Below are positions 9,983 to 19,415 of a stretch of 64,000 nt of DNA, piece after piece. The first letter of the stretch is position 1. Every line of letters begins with the position of its first letter. This DNA comes from Calditrichia bacterium (GTDB lineage Bacteria; Calditrichota; Calditrichia; RBG-13-44-9; J075): the NCBI GenBank assembly GCA_050633245.1, contig JBOEGD010000027.1:74050-138049 (forward strand), given 5' to 3'. Under the pieces are notes generated by a model. It was not told where the DNA came from. It worked only from the letters and a program-made list of their open reading frames with translations, and made no database searches. The translations under genes and the position numbers were made by a program.

Positions 9983-10998
9983 GTTTTAAGCCCTATAGCT
10001 AGCGTAATCAGATATTCATTATTCGATTCTTTTACATCAAGGCTGTGTTGATTTGGGTAAATCAGGTTAAGACGACTCTCTACATTTTTTAGGCCAATCC
10101 CCTGCCCCTCAACCTGCTCTCGACTCCCAAGCACATCATTCTTAATCGTCATGGTAAGATCTGTTTGTTCAAGCACAATATGAATGACAATCGTCGTGGC
10201 TTCGCTTGGACTGGCGCCATATTTGAAAGCATTTTCAATGAAGGGAATCAGCAGCATTGGTGCAATTTTAATGTCTGCAACCTCTTCATCCGGACAGCAG
10301 ATATCAATTCCGAGTTCAGTTTTTTCAGTTAATCGCAACCGCTGTAGATCAATATATTCACGAATATAGTTTATCTCCTTCGAAAGCAAGATAAAGTCTG
10401 TTTGTGAATCGTGCAGGTTGTAGCGCATCAACGTACCAAGCTGGGCAATTCCGTCGGCCGTTCGAGTACCTTTTTCCTCAAGCGCAACAGCATAAAGACT
10501 GTTCAATGTATTGAACAAGAAGTGTGGATCGACCTGAGATTTCAGGAAGGCCAATTCCATTTGCAGTTTTTCCGCCTTCAGTCGTTCAATAACCCCAATA
10601 TTCACCAGCCAATCGCGGGTAAAACGGTATGAAAAAGATGCGAAGATTGCCAAAGAGGCCAGTCCAATTGGAATTGCAACAAGTTTAAAACCTTCGCGAT
10701 CAAAAATGAGTGTCGCTATGCCAAACCAGGCGATCAAAACCAATAGCGCATAAGAGAAATAGCGAAACCATTGCTTTGTCTTTAGATATCGTGGAATTAA
10801 CCAATAGGTGTTTAGCAGAAATAACAAAGGAAAAGTAATACAGACGATAAAGATGGTGTAGAAACCTTTATCGTCCCAGAAGGTGCCCAGCGAGCTGGGA
10901 AAGAAAAAGGCGTAACCAACCCAGATAAAAGTCTGGATAGCCGCTTCCGGCTGGTTCTTCACCAGTCGCTTTAGCTGTCTGTAACTACTACCCGCCAT
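9979..10998 (-). CDS. LytS/YehU-type sensor histidine kinase; about 4 TM helices with minimal loops, consistent with intramembrane sensing
   Basis: His_kinase (PF06580-type) H-box PHFLFNTLNSL; HATPase region IENAFKYG; N-terminal TM helices with almost no extracytoplasmic loops. Confidence 0.75.
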   Translation of the reverse strand: MAGSSYRQLKRLVKNQPEAAIQTFIWVGYAFFFPSSLGTFWDDKGFYTIFIVCITFPLLFLLNTYWLIPRYLKTKQWFRYFSYALLVLIAWFGIATLIFDREGFKLVAIPIGLASLAIFASFSYRFTRDWLVNIGVIERLKAEKLQMELAFLKSQVDPHFLFNTLNSLYAVALEEKGTRTADGIAQLGTLMRYNLHDSQTDFILLSKEINYIREYIDLQRLRLTEKTELGIDICCPDEEVADIKIAPMLLIPFIENAFKYGASPSEATTIVIHIVLEQTDLTMTIKNDVLGSREQVEGQGIGLKNVESRLNLIYPNQHSLDVKESNNEYLITLAIGLKT

Positions 10999-13900
10999 TG
11001 TTTGCGCTATTCATGGTTATTTCTTTGCGATTATTCAAAATATCCGTTTCCAAAAGTACAAACCAGGGATCTACTACGACCTCAACCGGTTTTTCGTCCA
11101 CAACGATCTCGAGCTTGTTATAAATTTTTTGAACGCGATGCTTTTGCAAGTATAGCGCGCTTTCAGCAAATTTGCTATCACTATTCGATTCACCGAAGGC
11201 CGCAATATCAATATAGTCATTTAATGGAAGTGACTTTAAAACCTCTTCTTGATGTTCATAGCGTAGCGTCCGTTCTTCATTGCTTTCCTCTTCACCACCT
11301 TCGGCACGGTGTTTTCGAATAAGGAACTCGATCGTCAGTTTGTATCGCCCATCTTCCATGCGAGCTGCCGAAGCAGTGATCATCCGGTTATCGTAAAATG
11401 TAATGGTCTTCAACATATCATCAATAGCGTATTTGAGGGAATCCGGAGTTTCTTGTTCAAGAGCAGCGATTAAATCTGTCGTGGTGCTAAATGGTGCAGC
11501 ATGCGACTTATTTTCCATCAGATTCTGCAATGCCGCATTAAAAACGGACTCTCCAAGAAGTTCACCAAGTGCACGAAAAACCAATGCTCCCTTTGGATAG
11601 TTGAGATAGTTCTGATCGGGGAAAGTCAAGGCCAATGGAGCTTCGTCCCGACGATCGTTGCGGCGACCTTTTAAATATTGATCACGCGAATAGGACAAAT
11701 ATTTGCGCATTTTTGCTTCACCATGTGTCTTACGCGTTACCTGAACATCCACAAACTCTGCCATACTTTCACTTAAGACTTTCGCTCCACGTACATCAGC
11801 AGGCATCAGTTGATACGGCCACCACTGATGTGCTGTTTCATGAACTGCTGTGCTGAACGGATAGTCCACTCCCCCACTCTCGCTATCGTCTACGTCTGCA
11901 ATAAATCCCGCACCTTCACCAAAGGGTAATATTCCCGGATAAGCATGAGCTGTTACGCGCCCGGTCTGGGAAAATTCTATCAGCCGAAGCTCATCGAACT
12001 GGTAAGGCGAATAGTTTTCAGAACAGTAATCAAGCCCTGCCTTCATTCCGCGCATCATGCGCTCAAGATTATATGCGTGATCAGGATGATAATAGATTTC
12101 AAGATCCACATCCTTCCACTTATCCCGTAATACAGAAAATCTGCCGGAGGTAAAAAGGAAGGCATGGGAAATGGGCTCTTTTGCACGATAGTGATAATAA
12201 CGACGTCCATTTTCTCTCCACTCTTGCAGGAGGGTGCCCGGAGCAACGGCAATTTGATCTGCAGACGTACTGACAACAGCGTTAAAATCTATCCAGTCGG
12301 AATCAAAGGAGATAAAGGAACGGCGTAGAGCAGCACTGTCAGACGGGAGTGCCTTATCCGGCCTTCCCGGCATACTTAATTCATTTCGAACAGCAGGAAC
12401 CCAGTTACCGAATCGCGGAAATACGTCATCCTTAATAAACGTCCCGTTTCCTTTCACAATAGTATTACTGTGCAGCCAGGTATTTGGTGAGGTCTTCATT
12501 TCAAAGGTCATGGTCATACCAGAATCGGGTAACAAACTATCGGAGAGCAACACAAGATCGTAATAGGCAATATTTGCTACAGAATCGCGTTTTAACAGGG
12601 TATGTTCCCTGGTAAAACGGTAGCTTGTATTCATAGCTTTGAAATGAAAAATCAGCAGGGTATCCACAGCAAATTTATTCTCGTTAAGTAAACTATAGCT
12701 TCCCTTACTTACAACATTGCGTTTTGAAGGGAATATATCCAGTTCAATGTCTACTGCCTTTATAGAAGGTTGGACTAAATGAGCATAGGTTTCAATCTCT
12801 TTTTCAGCACGCAACACCGAGGTTCTGCGCTGAGGTTTAGACAAGGAAGAACGCACAATATTTGCCTCGGCATAAATGTGGTATCCCATCCCCAGGAAGA
12901 GCAGCATCAAAATTAGCCCGGCCAGCGCGGTTTTCCCTTTGAATCGATGAGCAGCAGTCTTAACGCGCTCAATTATGCCTACCGGCATTCCACGTTGCCA
13001 GAACAACAGAGTGCCAATTAACAGCAATCCTCCGGCGAGTAACCAGTATAATTTATAGATCAGATAGACCGATAGCTTTGCACCATAGCCATCCATATCC
13101 GACCAGGCCAAAGAACCAACCCCATCTGTTGGTACTTGGTTGAAGCGGAACACAGCCTGCTCAAGGAAATGCAGCCCCATTTTAGGGGCATTTTCTCCAA
13201 TAAATCCCAGCCCCAACGGTAAAAAGACCAACACAAAGAATCCCAGATAAACATTTGGTGAAAGCGTTTGAATAAAGAAGGCCAGGCAAGCATAGATAAT
13301 GAAATGGGTCAAGTGTAAGACGAAGAGTTCGAACAAATAGTGTGGGATTTCAAAGTTGAAATATCCCTTCGATGCCTGCGTCAGTATTCCGCCAATCATA
13401 AGAATTGCAAGCATAAAAACCTGCGTTTTTATGAGCGCCAGGAATTTTGAGAACAACATGGTTCGGTTTGGCCAGGGAGAAACATCAACCAGCTGATTCA
13501 TTCTCGCCATTGGAGCTCGTTGTATGAGCATGCCGGCATAGAGAAAGGTTATAAAATTAACGATACCGGAGAACAACAGAGCCGGCAGTTCCAACATTTG
13601 CCAGGTAACCGGGTAGGTGGTGGTTTCCCAGCGCGGATTGGCAATAAACAGCAGCGTAATGATCACCAGAAAACCACCTGCCAATAAGCTCAGGAACGCC
13701 CAACTCGAAACCATTGAACGGAATTCAAACCACGACAGCCTGAAAATTGCCTTAATTTCTGCTTTCAGATTAAACAGATAGTTTACCGGAAGCTTCTCGC
13801 TTAAGCGTGCTCGTTCAACTTTATCGTCGGACTGTCTTCTCTGAAAAGAAGACGTTACGGCCTGCTGACTAAATGCAAACGTCCTATATGTCCAGCCAAA

Positions 13901-14656
13901 AAGAGCTGCCGAGACGAATAGCCAAATCAGGCGATTAAAAACAAACAATTCTTCCATCGGCAATAAGCGACTGTTCAGCTCGCTACTGCTCCAATAGCGG
14001 GTGTAATACTCAACTGCATATTTACCAAGCGGATCCAGCAGTACAACCAGTGTAAAGCTGCCAGACTTCCCAAGAACAAGACCGGCAAAAGTTCGGAATA
14101 AGAGCAGCAACACCACTGCAACAAAACCGGCATAGATATTACGCGTCAGCGCCACCACCGAAAAAGCAACACAGCTAAACAAAAGGCAATTTGGGATAAT
14201 ATATACCATAAAAAGCTGCAGATATGCCACCGGATCAAAGGGTAATAAGATGCGTGGATCGGCACCTGGTAACTGGGTACCAATAGCTGCTCCAATCCCA
14301 ATGGTGCTGGCGATGATGACAACAAGAAGAAAGGAGCTCAGAAATTTACCGAGGAGATAATCGTTCTTTTTAAACGGATAAGAATAAAGCAGCGTGTGCG
14401 TATTAGATGAGTAATCGCGGTAGACAGACATTCCTACAAGCGCAGGTATTAGCAATAATAGAAGGATTGAATAAAAATCCGCGAGCTTAAATAATTGCAA
14501 GGGTGCATTGGAATAACTGACAATCTCTTTCGGTGCCTCGGTTGAAACGCCCCACATCGTTACCAGTGACAGTAGCAGGAAAAAACCGACATACATGTAC
14601 ACTGATGGTTGGCGTAACCAGTATTTCATTTCGAAGTTAAATATATTCTTTAGCAT
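10988..14656 (-). CDS. fusion protein: N-terminal ABC-2-type multi-TM permease, C-terminal M1-family (aminopeptidase N-like) zinc metallopeptidase
   Basis: 1222 aa; about 12 hydrophobic helices in the first 560 residues; gluzincin motif AVHETAHQWW followed by a downstream Glu (HEXXH-X18-E); overlaps the LytS start by 11 nt. Confidence 0.7.
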   Translation of the reverse strand: MLKNIFNFEMKYWLRQPSVYMYVGFFLLLSLVTMWGVSTEAPKEIVSYSNAPLQLFKLADFYSILLLLLIPALVGMSVYRDYSSNTHTLLYSYPFKKNDYLLGKFLSSFLLVVIIASTIGIGAAIGTQLPGADPRILLPFDPVAYLQLFMVYIIPNCLLFSCVAFSVVALTRNIYAGFVAVVLLLLFRTFAGLVLGKSGSFTLVVLLDPLGKYAVEYYTRYWSSSELNSRLLPMEELFVFNRLIWLFVSAALFGWTYRTFAFSQQAVTSSFQRRQSDDKVERARLSEKLPVNYLFNLKAEIKAIFRLSWFEFRSMVSSWAFLSLLAGGFLVIITLLFIANPRWETTTYPVTWQMLELPALLFSGIVNFITFLYAGMLIQRAPMARMNQLVDVSPWPNRTMLFSKFLALIKTQVFMLAILMIGGILTQASKGYFNFEIPHYLFELFVLHLTHFIIYACLAFFIQTLSPNVYLGFFVLVFLPLGLGFIGENAPKMGLHFLEQAVFRFNQVPTDGVGSLAWSDMDGYGAKLSVYLIYKLYWLLAGGLLLIGTLLFWQRGMPVGIIERVKTAAHRFKGKTALAGLILMLLFLGMGYHIYAEANIVRSSLSKPQRRTSVLRAEKEIETYAHLVQPSIKAVDIELDIFPSKRNVVSKGSYSLLNENKFAVDTLLIFHFKAMNTSYRFTREHTLLKRDSVANIAYYDLVLLSDSLLPDSGMTMTFEMKTSPNTWLHSNTIVKGNGTFIKDDVFPRFGNWVPAVRNELSMPGRPDKALPSDSAALRRSFISFDSDWIDFNAVVSTSADQIAVAPGTLLQEWRENGRRYYHYRAKEPISHAFLFTSGRFSVLRDKWKDVDLEIYYHPDHAYNLERMMRGMKAGLDYCSENYSPYQFDELRLIEFSQTGRVTAHAYPGILPFGEGAGFIADVDDSESGGVDYPFSTAVHETAHQWWPYQLMPADVRGAKVLSESMAEFVDVQVTRKTHGEAKMRKYLSYSRDQYLKGRRNDRRDEAPLALTFPDQNYLNYPKGALVFRALGELLGESVFNAALQNLMENKSHAAPFSTTTDLIAALEQETPDSLKYAIDDMLKTITFYDNRMITASAARMEDGRYKLTIEFLIRKHRAEGGEEESNEERTLRYEHQEEVLKSLPLNDYIDIAAFGESNSDSKFAESALYLQKHRVQKIYNKLEIVVDEKPVEVVVDPWFVLLETDILNNRKEITMNSANNGG

Positions 14657-14707
14657 AGTTTTTCCCGCTGGATCTGGTTAATACGTAAATCGGCAGTCGG
14701 CAATTTA

Positions 14708-15568
14708 TTACCCGTTCACCGTTGCCCGTTCACCGTTGCCCGACACGCCACCAAGCGCCGAGAAATAAACATCCTCTAGCTGTGGCTCTACAGAGGTAAA
14801 CTTTTCCGAGGGTCTCTCGCTGGAAAAGACTCGAATAGAAAGCGTGTTATCACGGTTTATCTGCGAAGACAACACCTGATAGTTTTCTTCAAAATCGGGA
14901 AGGTCTGCACGTGCAATGCTACAGTTCCATATCATCCCCTTTAGACGCTGACAGGCATCGGTCGGAGAGCCACTCTGTAGAATCTTACCACCATTCATCA
15001 CGGCCATCTCATGACACAACTCTTTCACATCTTCAACAATATGCGTCGAGAAGATCACCGTATTTTCGGTTCCTACATCACGCAGCAAATTCAAAAAACG
15101 CTGCCGCTCTGCGGGATCAAGTCCGGCCGTTGGCTCGTCGACAATAATGAGTTTGGGATCATTTAATAGCAGTTGAGCTATACCAAAACGCTGTTTCATA
15201 CCACCAGAGAAGCTACTAACATGTTTTTTTCTGGCATCCCAAAGGTTTGTAAGGTCAAGCATTCGCTCGATTAACTGTCGCCGCTCTTTTGCAGCGTCTA
15301 CTCCCTTTAATGTAGCGAAGTAATCCAAAAGTCGTTCCGCAGAAACTGCAGGATAAACACCGAACTCCTGTGGCAAATACCCTAACACCTGTCTTAAACG
15401 CATCGGTTCCGCAAGAACATCGATCTCGTTGAACTCAATCTTTCCGGTGTCCGGCTGCTGCAGCGTTGCAATAGTCCGCATGAGCGTTGATTTTCCGGCC
15501 CCATTCGGACCCAGCAGTCCAAACATACCCGCACCAATTTCAAGAGACAGGTTGGATACGGCCTGCAC
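14708..15568 (-). CDS. ABC transporter ATP-binding protein
   Basis: Walker A GPNGAGKST, signature LSGGMKQR, Walker B IIVDEPTAGLD. Confidence 0.9.
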   Translation of the reverse strand: MQAVSNLSLEIGAGMFGLLGPNGAGKSTLMRTIATLQQPDTGKIEFNEIDVLAEPMRLRQVLGYLPQEFGVYPAVSAERLLDYFATLKGVDAAKERRQLIERMLDLTNLWDARKKHVSSFSGGMKQRFGIAQLLLNDPKLIIVDEPTAGLDPAERQRFLNLLRDVGTENTVIFSTHIVEDVKELCHEMAVMNGGKILQSGSPTDACQRLKGMIWNCSIARADLPDFEENYQVLSSQINRDNTLSIRVFSSERPSEKFTSVEPQLEDVYFSALGGVSGNGERATVNG

Positions 15569-15847
15569 TCCATTGGTATAGCGTTTGCAAAGTTCAGTAA
15601 TTGATAAGATAATGGCCTCCCGGGCTGTTTTTTTGTAAATATCTTATACAAAGATAGGTTGACAAACAGGCCTTATCAAAAATATGGTATAGATGTAGCG
15701 CTGCGTGTTATGAACAGAATTATTTATGTGATGAATCGATAACGCCTGTTAAAGCAGAAGCAATCGGCGTTGAAAAAAGCAATAAAGTTGAGGCTTGACT
15801 TTTTAAGATTAAAGTGTACTTTTCGTTCTCACACTAATTGAATAGCT

Positions 15848-16222
15848 ATGAAATTTTTTGCAAAAATTCTACTTTTCAGCTACTTCCTTGGTATTCTAAC
15901 ACCGGTTATACCGGTAATTGATTTCCAGATGCGCTGGGACTATATTGCCAAAAATCTCTGTGTTAATAAAGATAATCCAATCTCTACCTGTGCAGGAAAG
16001 TGCTATCTGAACAAAAAGATCAAACAATCCTCCGATGAAGGCGAGAACAACCCGACTTCAAGCAGTCAGCTTCTTGCAAAAGACAATTCACCTCATTATA
16101 CCACAACGGGGATAGATTATGCAGGACGACTGCAGACACTACATAAAAACCCCGTCGTAGCAACAACCCTTTCTCCACAGCACGATCCTTCAATAGAAAT
16201 TCCCCCTCCGCAATTCTCCTAA
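15848..16222 (+). CDS. small secreted or membrane-anchored protein with Cx10Cx3C motif, unknown function
   Basis: 124-aa ORF; hydrophobic N-terminus; CVNKDNPISTCAGKCY; diverges from the ABC operon promoter region. Confidence 0.35.
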   Translation: MKFFAKILLFSYFLGILTPVIPVIDFQMRWDYIAKNLCVNKDNPISTCAGKCYLNKKIKQSSDEGENNPTSSSQLLAKDNSPHYTTTGIDYAGRLQTLHKNPVVATTLSPQHDPSIEIPPPQFS

Positions 16223-16465
16223 ATCAACATCGATGCTACTCGGTATCACGCGTTTTAAGATACGCTATCCTGTTGGGCAATTATTGCCTCACAGCGCCCC
16301 GTTATATGTCAATAACGATGTATTATAGCGCATGCTCTATACATTTCAGCGTCTTGCTGAAGGTGAGTCGTTGTGTGAAAAAATGCGTGATGTTCTGAAA
16401 CTTATTCATCAATTGGGAAAGAATCTCAATTGTTAATCGCAAAAAATTGATTTGGAGAAGTCATA

Positions 16466-17335
16466 ATGTATAAAAACGTATTAGTTGTATTAATCTCAAC
16501 TTTACTGATGCTTTTTTCATCCTGTAGTGATGACAGTAATCCGGCAGACATTCAGGAGACAGGAAACTTTGATGTCCAGTTTTCAAACATGGTCGGTAGT
16601 CAGCAAATGACTTTAGAAGATAGAGGATCAGCAAACTTTATGTATACCACCGGAACCGGTCAGCAGTTTAACTTCTCACTGTTCGGTTACTATGTAAACC
16701 GTATCGTTTTGGAGGGACCGAATGGCGAATACTTTGCAGATGAGATGAACGTGAGTGCCAATGCGGACGAAGTAAAAGGCTATTATCATGTGCTTCAGAG
16801 TGATCTCCCGTCGACACGGCTGAACCTGACCGACGTTCCGGTTGGCATCTACAATAAAATCACCTTTACCATTGGTATCCCGGAAGAAGGCGTGCAGCAG
16901 GGAGCGGCCGGCGGTGTTCTTGATCCGGCAAATGGCGCCTGGTTCTGGAACTGGAATGCCGGTTATATTGGTTTTGCAATGGAAGGTGGAGCAGAAGATT
17001 CTCCGCAGGAATATGTAGATTGGGGGGGCGGTAACACAACTCCTGCGAACTCTTTTGCAGTTCATGTTGGTGGTTGGAAAGATCTGCCGGCAGACTCTAC
17101 CGGCGTGCAGCGATTTGTAAACAACGTTAAGACGATGACCCTCAGCTTTGGGACGACCGTAGAAGTTGCAGAGAACCTGACACCTGAAGCACATATTGTT
17201 GTAGATGCGCTAAAGCTGTTGAACGACTCCGCACTAGACTTTTCGACAACGTATGCTGTTCACTCACCCAGCTTAGGCGCTCCTTTCGCAGATGAGCTAA
17301 ACGGAGTATTTATTTTAGACCACGTACATCAATAA
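16466..17335 (+). CDS. lipoprotein, possibly an MbnP-like copper-binding partner of the downstream di-heme peroxidase
   Basis: Lipobox LFSSC; Trp-rich segment GAWFWNWNAGY; RBS GGAGAAG before ATG; sits immediately upstream of a MauG/MbnH-like gene as in mbnPH pairs. The family call is inference and is not verified. Confidence 0.4.
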   Translation: MYKNVLVVLISTLLMLFSSCSDDSNPADIQETGNFDVQFSNMVGSQQMTLEDRGSANFMYTTGTGQQFNFSLFGYYVNRIVLEGPNGEYFADEMNVSANADEVKGYYHVLQSDLPSTRLNLTDVPVGIYNKITFTIGIPEEGVQQGAAGGVLDPANGAWFWNWNAGYIGFAMEGGAEDSPQEYVDWGGGNTTPANSFAVHVGGWKDLPADSTGVQRFVNNVKTMTLSFGTTVEVAENLTPEAHIVVDALKLLNDSALDFSTTYAVHSPSLGAPFADELNGVFILDHVHQ

Positions 17336-17347
17336 GGATGGCATAAC

Positions 17348-18448
17348 ATGTTAAGACCAATTTCTAACATTGTGACCTACCCTGTTACCAATTCAAATCG
17401 CAGTGGCCAGTTTTGCATGCTGGTCATTGCAGTTCTGCTGGTTGGGTGTATTCGGGATAAAGATGCCGTTACATCGATAGGAAGTGAACAATCGCCCTAT
17501 GAATTTGTTAAGCCGGAGAATTTCCCAGATCCAACATATACGTTCTCAAACAACCCCATATCGAAAGAGGGATTTGAGTTGGGAAAGAAGCTTTTCTTCG
17601 ACCCACAACTCTCACGCGATGGCTCGGTATCCTGCAATAATTGTCATATTCAGGCAACCGGTTTTGCCGATTCTCAACAACATCCGTTGAGCATTGGTGT
17701 CGATAACCGTATCGGAATGCGAAATGCGCCGTCGCTGACGAATCTTGCATTCATGGAGAACTTTTTTTGGGACGGTGGCGTAACTCATCTGGACTTTGTT
17801 CCGCTTAACGCCATAGAATCTGAGATCGAAATGGATGAGATGCTCTCCAATGTTGTTAGGAAACTGAACGATGACCGGGAATATCCTGAGCTTTTCAAGC
17901 AGGCATTTGGCGCAGACAGCGTCTCCCTGCCACATATGCTGCAGGCTCTGTCGCAGTTCAACGTAATGATGGTGTCTGCAAACTCGAAATATGATAAATA
18001 TGTTCGAAATGAGGGTGCAATACTGAACAACGAGGAACTGGCCGGTAGAAATGTCTTCCAGGCAAAATGTGCCACCTGTCATTCCGGCGAACTGTTTACA
18101 GATCACAGTTTCAAAAATAATGGACTGGCAGATACCTTCCCGGATTCCGGGAGAGAGCGCATTACCGAGGCAGCTTCAGATATTGGAAAGTTTCGCATTC
18201 CAAGCCTGCGCAATGTGGCACGAACTGCCCCCTATATGCACAATGCAAAGTTTTGGACCCTTGAGGAGGTATTAGATCATTATGAGTCTGGTGTAATAGA
18301 CTCCCCGACTCTCGCTCCAGAGCTAAAACAAAACGGTCAGCTCGGAATTTCTCTAACTGAGGAAGAGAAAAGACAGATTATAGACTTCCTTGAGACATTG
18401 AGTGATTTTGATTTCGTAGCCGACACAAAATTTATGGTAACGCAATGA
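17348..18448 (+). CDS. di-heme cytochrome c peroxidase family protein (CCP/MauG/MbnH-like)
   Basis: Two CxxCH heme-binding motifs (CNNCH and CATCH); classic CCP N-terminal motif FFDPQLSRDGSVSCNNCH. Confidence 0.85.
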   Translation: MLRPISNIVTYPVTNSNRSGQFCMLVIAVLLVGCIRDKDAVTSIGSEQSPYEFVKPENFPDPTYTFSNNPISKEGFELGKKLFFDPQLSRDGSVSCNNCHIQATGFADSQQHPLSIGVDNRIGMRNAPSLTNLAFMENFFWDGGVTHLDFVPLNAIESEIEMDEMLSNVVRKLNDDREYPELFKQAFGADSVSLPHMLQALSQFNVMMVSANSKYDKYVRNEGAILNNEELAGRNVFQAKCATCHSGELFTDHSFKNNGLADTFPDSGRERITEAASDIGKFRIPSLRNVARTAPYMHNAKFWTLEEVLDHYESGVIDSPTLAPELKQNGQLGISLTEEEKRQIIDFLETLSDFDFVADTKFMVTQ

Positions 18449-19362
18449 AACGATATATTTTTGCAATTCTCATACTCCTCTTCACCGCTCAAGGCTGGTG
18501 CTGCGACGTCTGTGGCTGTAAGCTTGGTGGACTTTCAATGGGCATTACACCACAATCCACTGCGAACTATTTCGGCTTGCGCTATACTACAGCGAGCTTT
18601 AATGCCGCCATTCAATACGACAGCGAGTTTTTTGTGGATGAACGATCTTCAGATACCTTCCAACGTCTGGATTTTGTGGGAAAGGTAAATTTACCTGCAA
18701 ATTTTCAGTTGAATTTATCAGTCCCGTATCTCATCAACAAAATGGATGGGAATATTCAAAACGTCAACTTTAACGGGATTGGCGATCCGCTGGCGATTCT
18801 GTTCTACAGTGCAATTAATACCGAAATGAATCCGGCAAGAAAAATAAATCATTCTTTGCTGATCGGTGCCGGTGTCAAATTACCGTTAGGTAGCAGCAAT
18901 CAATTAGGTAACGATGAATTAATTAACCGCAACTTCCAGCTTGGCACGGGTAGCACAGATTATCAGCTTTCGGCTATTTATACAATTCGGTCCGGGGCAT
19001 TTGGTGCCGCTACTGAAGGTGGCTATCGTCTGAACACAGAAAACCCGGATGGCTATGAGTTTAGTGATCAGATAAATATCGGATTAAACTTTTTTTACTT
19101 GCGGGAAAATCCAAGAATAGGGCTGCTTCCCTTTTCCGGCGTATACTTTGAGTATGCCGATTCACACAAGGACAATGGTATTATTCAAGTTAACTCAGGC
19201 GGCAAGATGCTGTTGGGAACCCTAGGTACGCAAGTTTATCTGCAGCAAATTACCTTAAGCGCTTCCACTCAATTGCCGATCTATCAATCGTTTAATTCGG
19301 ATCAATTTGCTCAAATTGAAGGAAAAGCACGTTTTTCTGTGGATTTTTTATATCAGTTTTAG
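18445..19362 (+). CDS. outer-membrane beta-barrel protein with N-terminal Cys cluster (CCDVCGC) right after the signal peptide
   Basis: Signal peptide MKRYIFAILILLFTAQG; alternating amphipathic strands; C-terminal aromatic residue (..VDFLYQF); 4-bp overlap with the peroxidase gene. Confidence 0.5.
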   Translation: MKRYIFAILILLFTAQGWCCDVCGCKLGGLSMGITPQSTANYFGLRYTTASFNAAIQYDSEFFVDERSSDTFQRLDFVGKVNLPANFQLNLSVPYLINKMDGNIQNVNFNGIGDPLAILFYSAINTEMNPARKINHSLLIGAGVKLPLGSSNQLGNDELINRNFQLGTGSTDYQLSAIYTIRSGAFGAATEGGYRLNTENPDGYEFSDQINIGLNFFYLRENPRIGLLPFSGVYFEYADSHKDNGIIQVNSGGKMLLGTLGTQVYLQQITLSASTQLPIYQSFNSDQFAQIEGKARFSVDFLYQF

Positions 19363-19384
19363 AAGGATAAGATGGCAAAAAAAA

Positions 19385-19406
19385 GCGGCGACCGGCTGGT
19401 CGCCGC
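19385..19406 (-). terminator. rho-independent terminator hairpin (GCGGCGACC-ggct-GGTCGCCGC) followed by a U-tract on the minus strand
   Basis: Perfect 9-bp stem with a 4-nt loop. It is preceded on the plus strand by an A8 run, which is a T-tract for the minus-strand transcript of 19416..20246. It lies between two convergent genes. Confidence 0.7.
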
Positions 19407-19415
19407 TGACATAGT

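Noticed and set aside
14711-14738. 14-bp direct repeat (CCCGTTCACCGTTG x2) at the 3' end of the ABC ATPase gene
   Set aside because: It lies inside the coding sequence (encodes ..GNGERATVNG) and has only two copies. It is probably a trivial local duplication, not a regulatory element.
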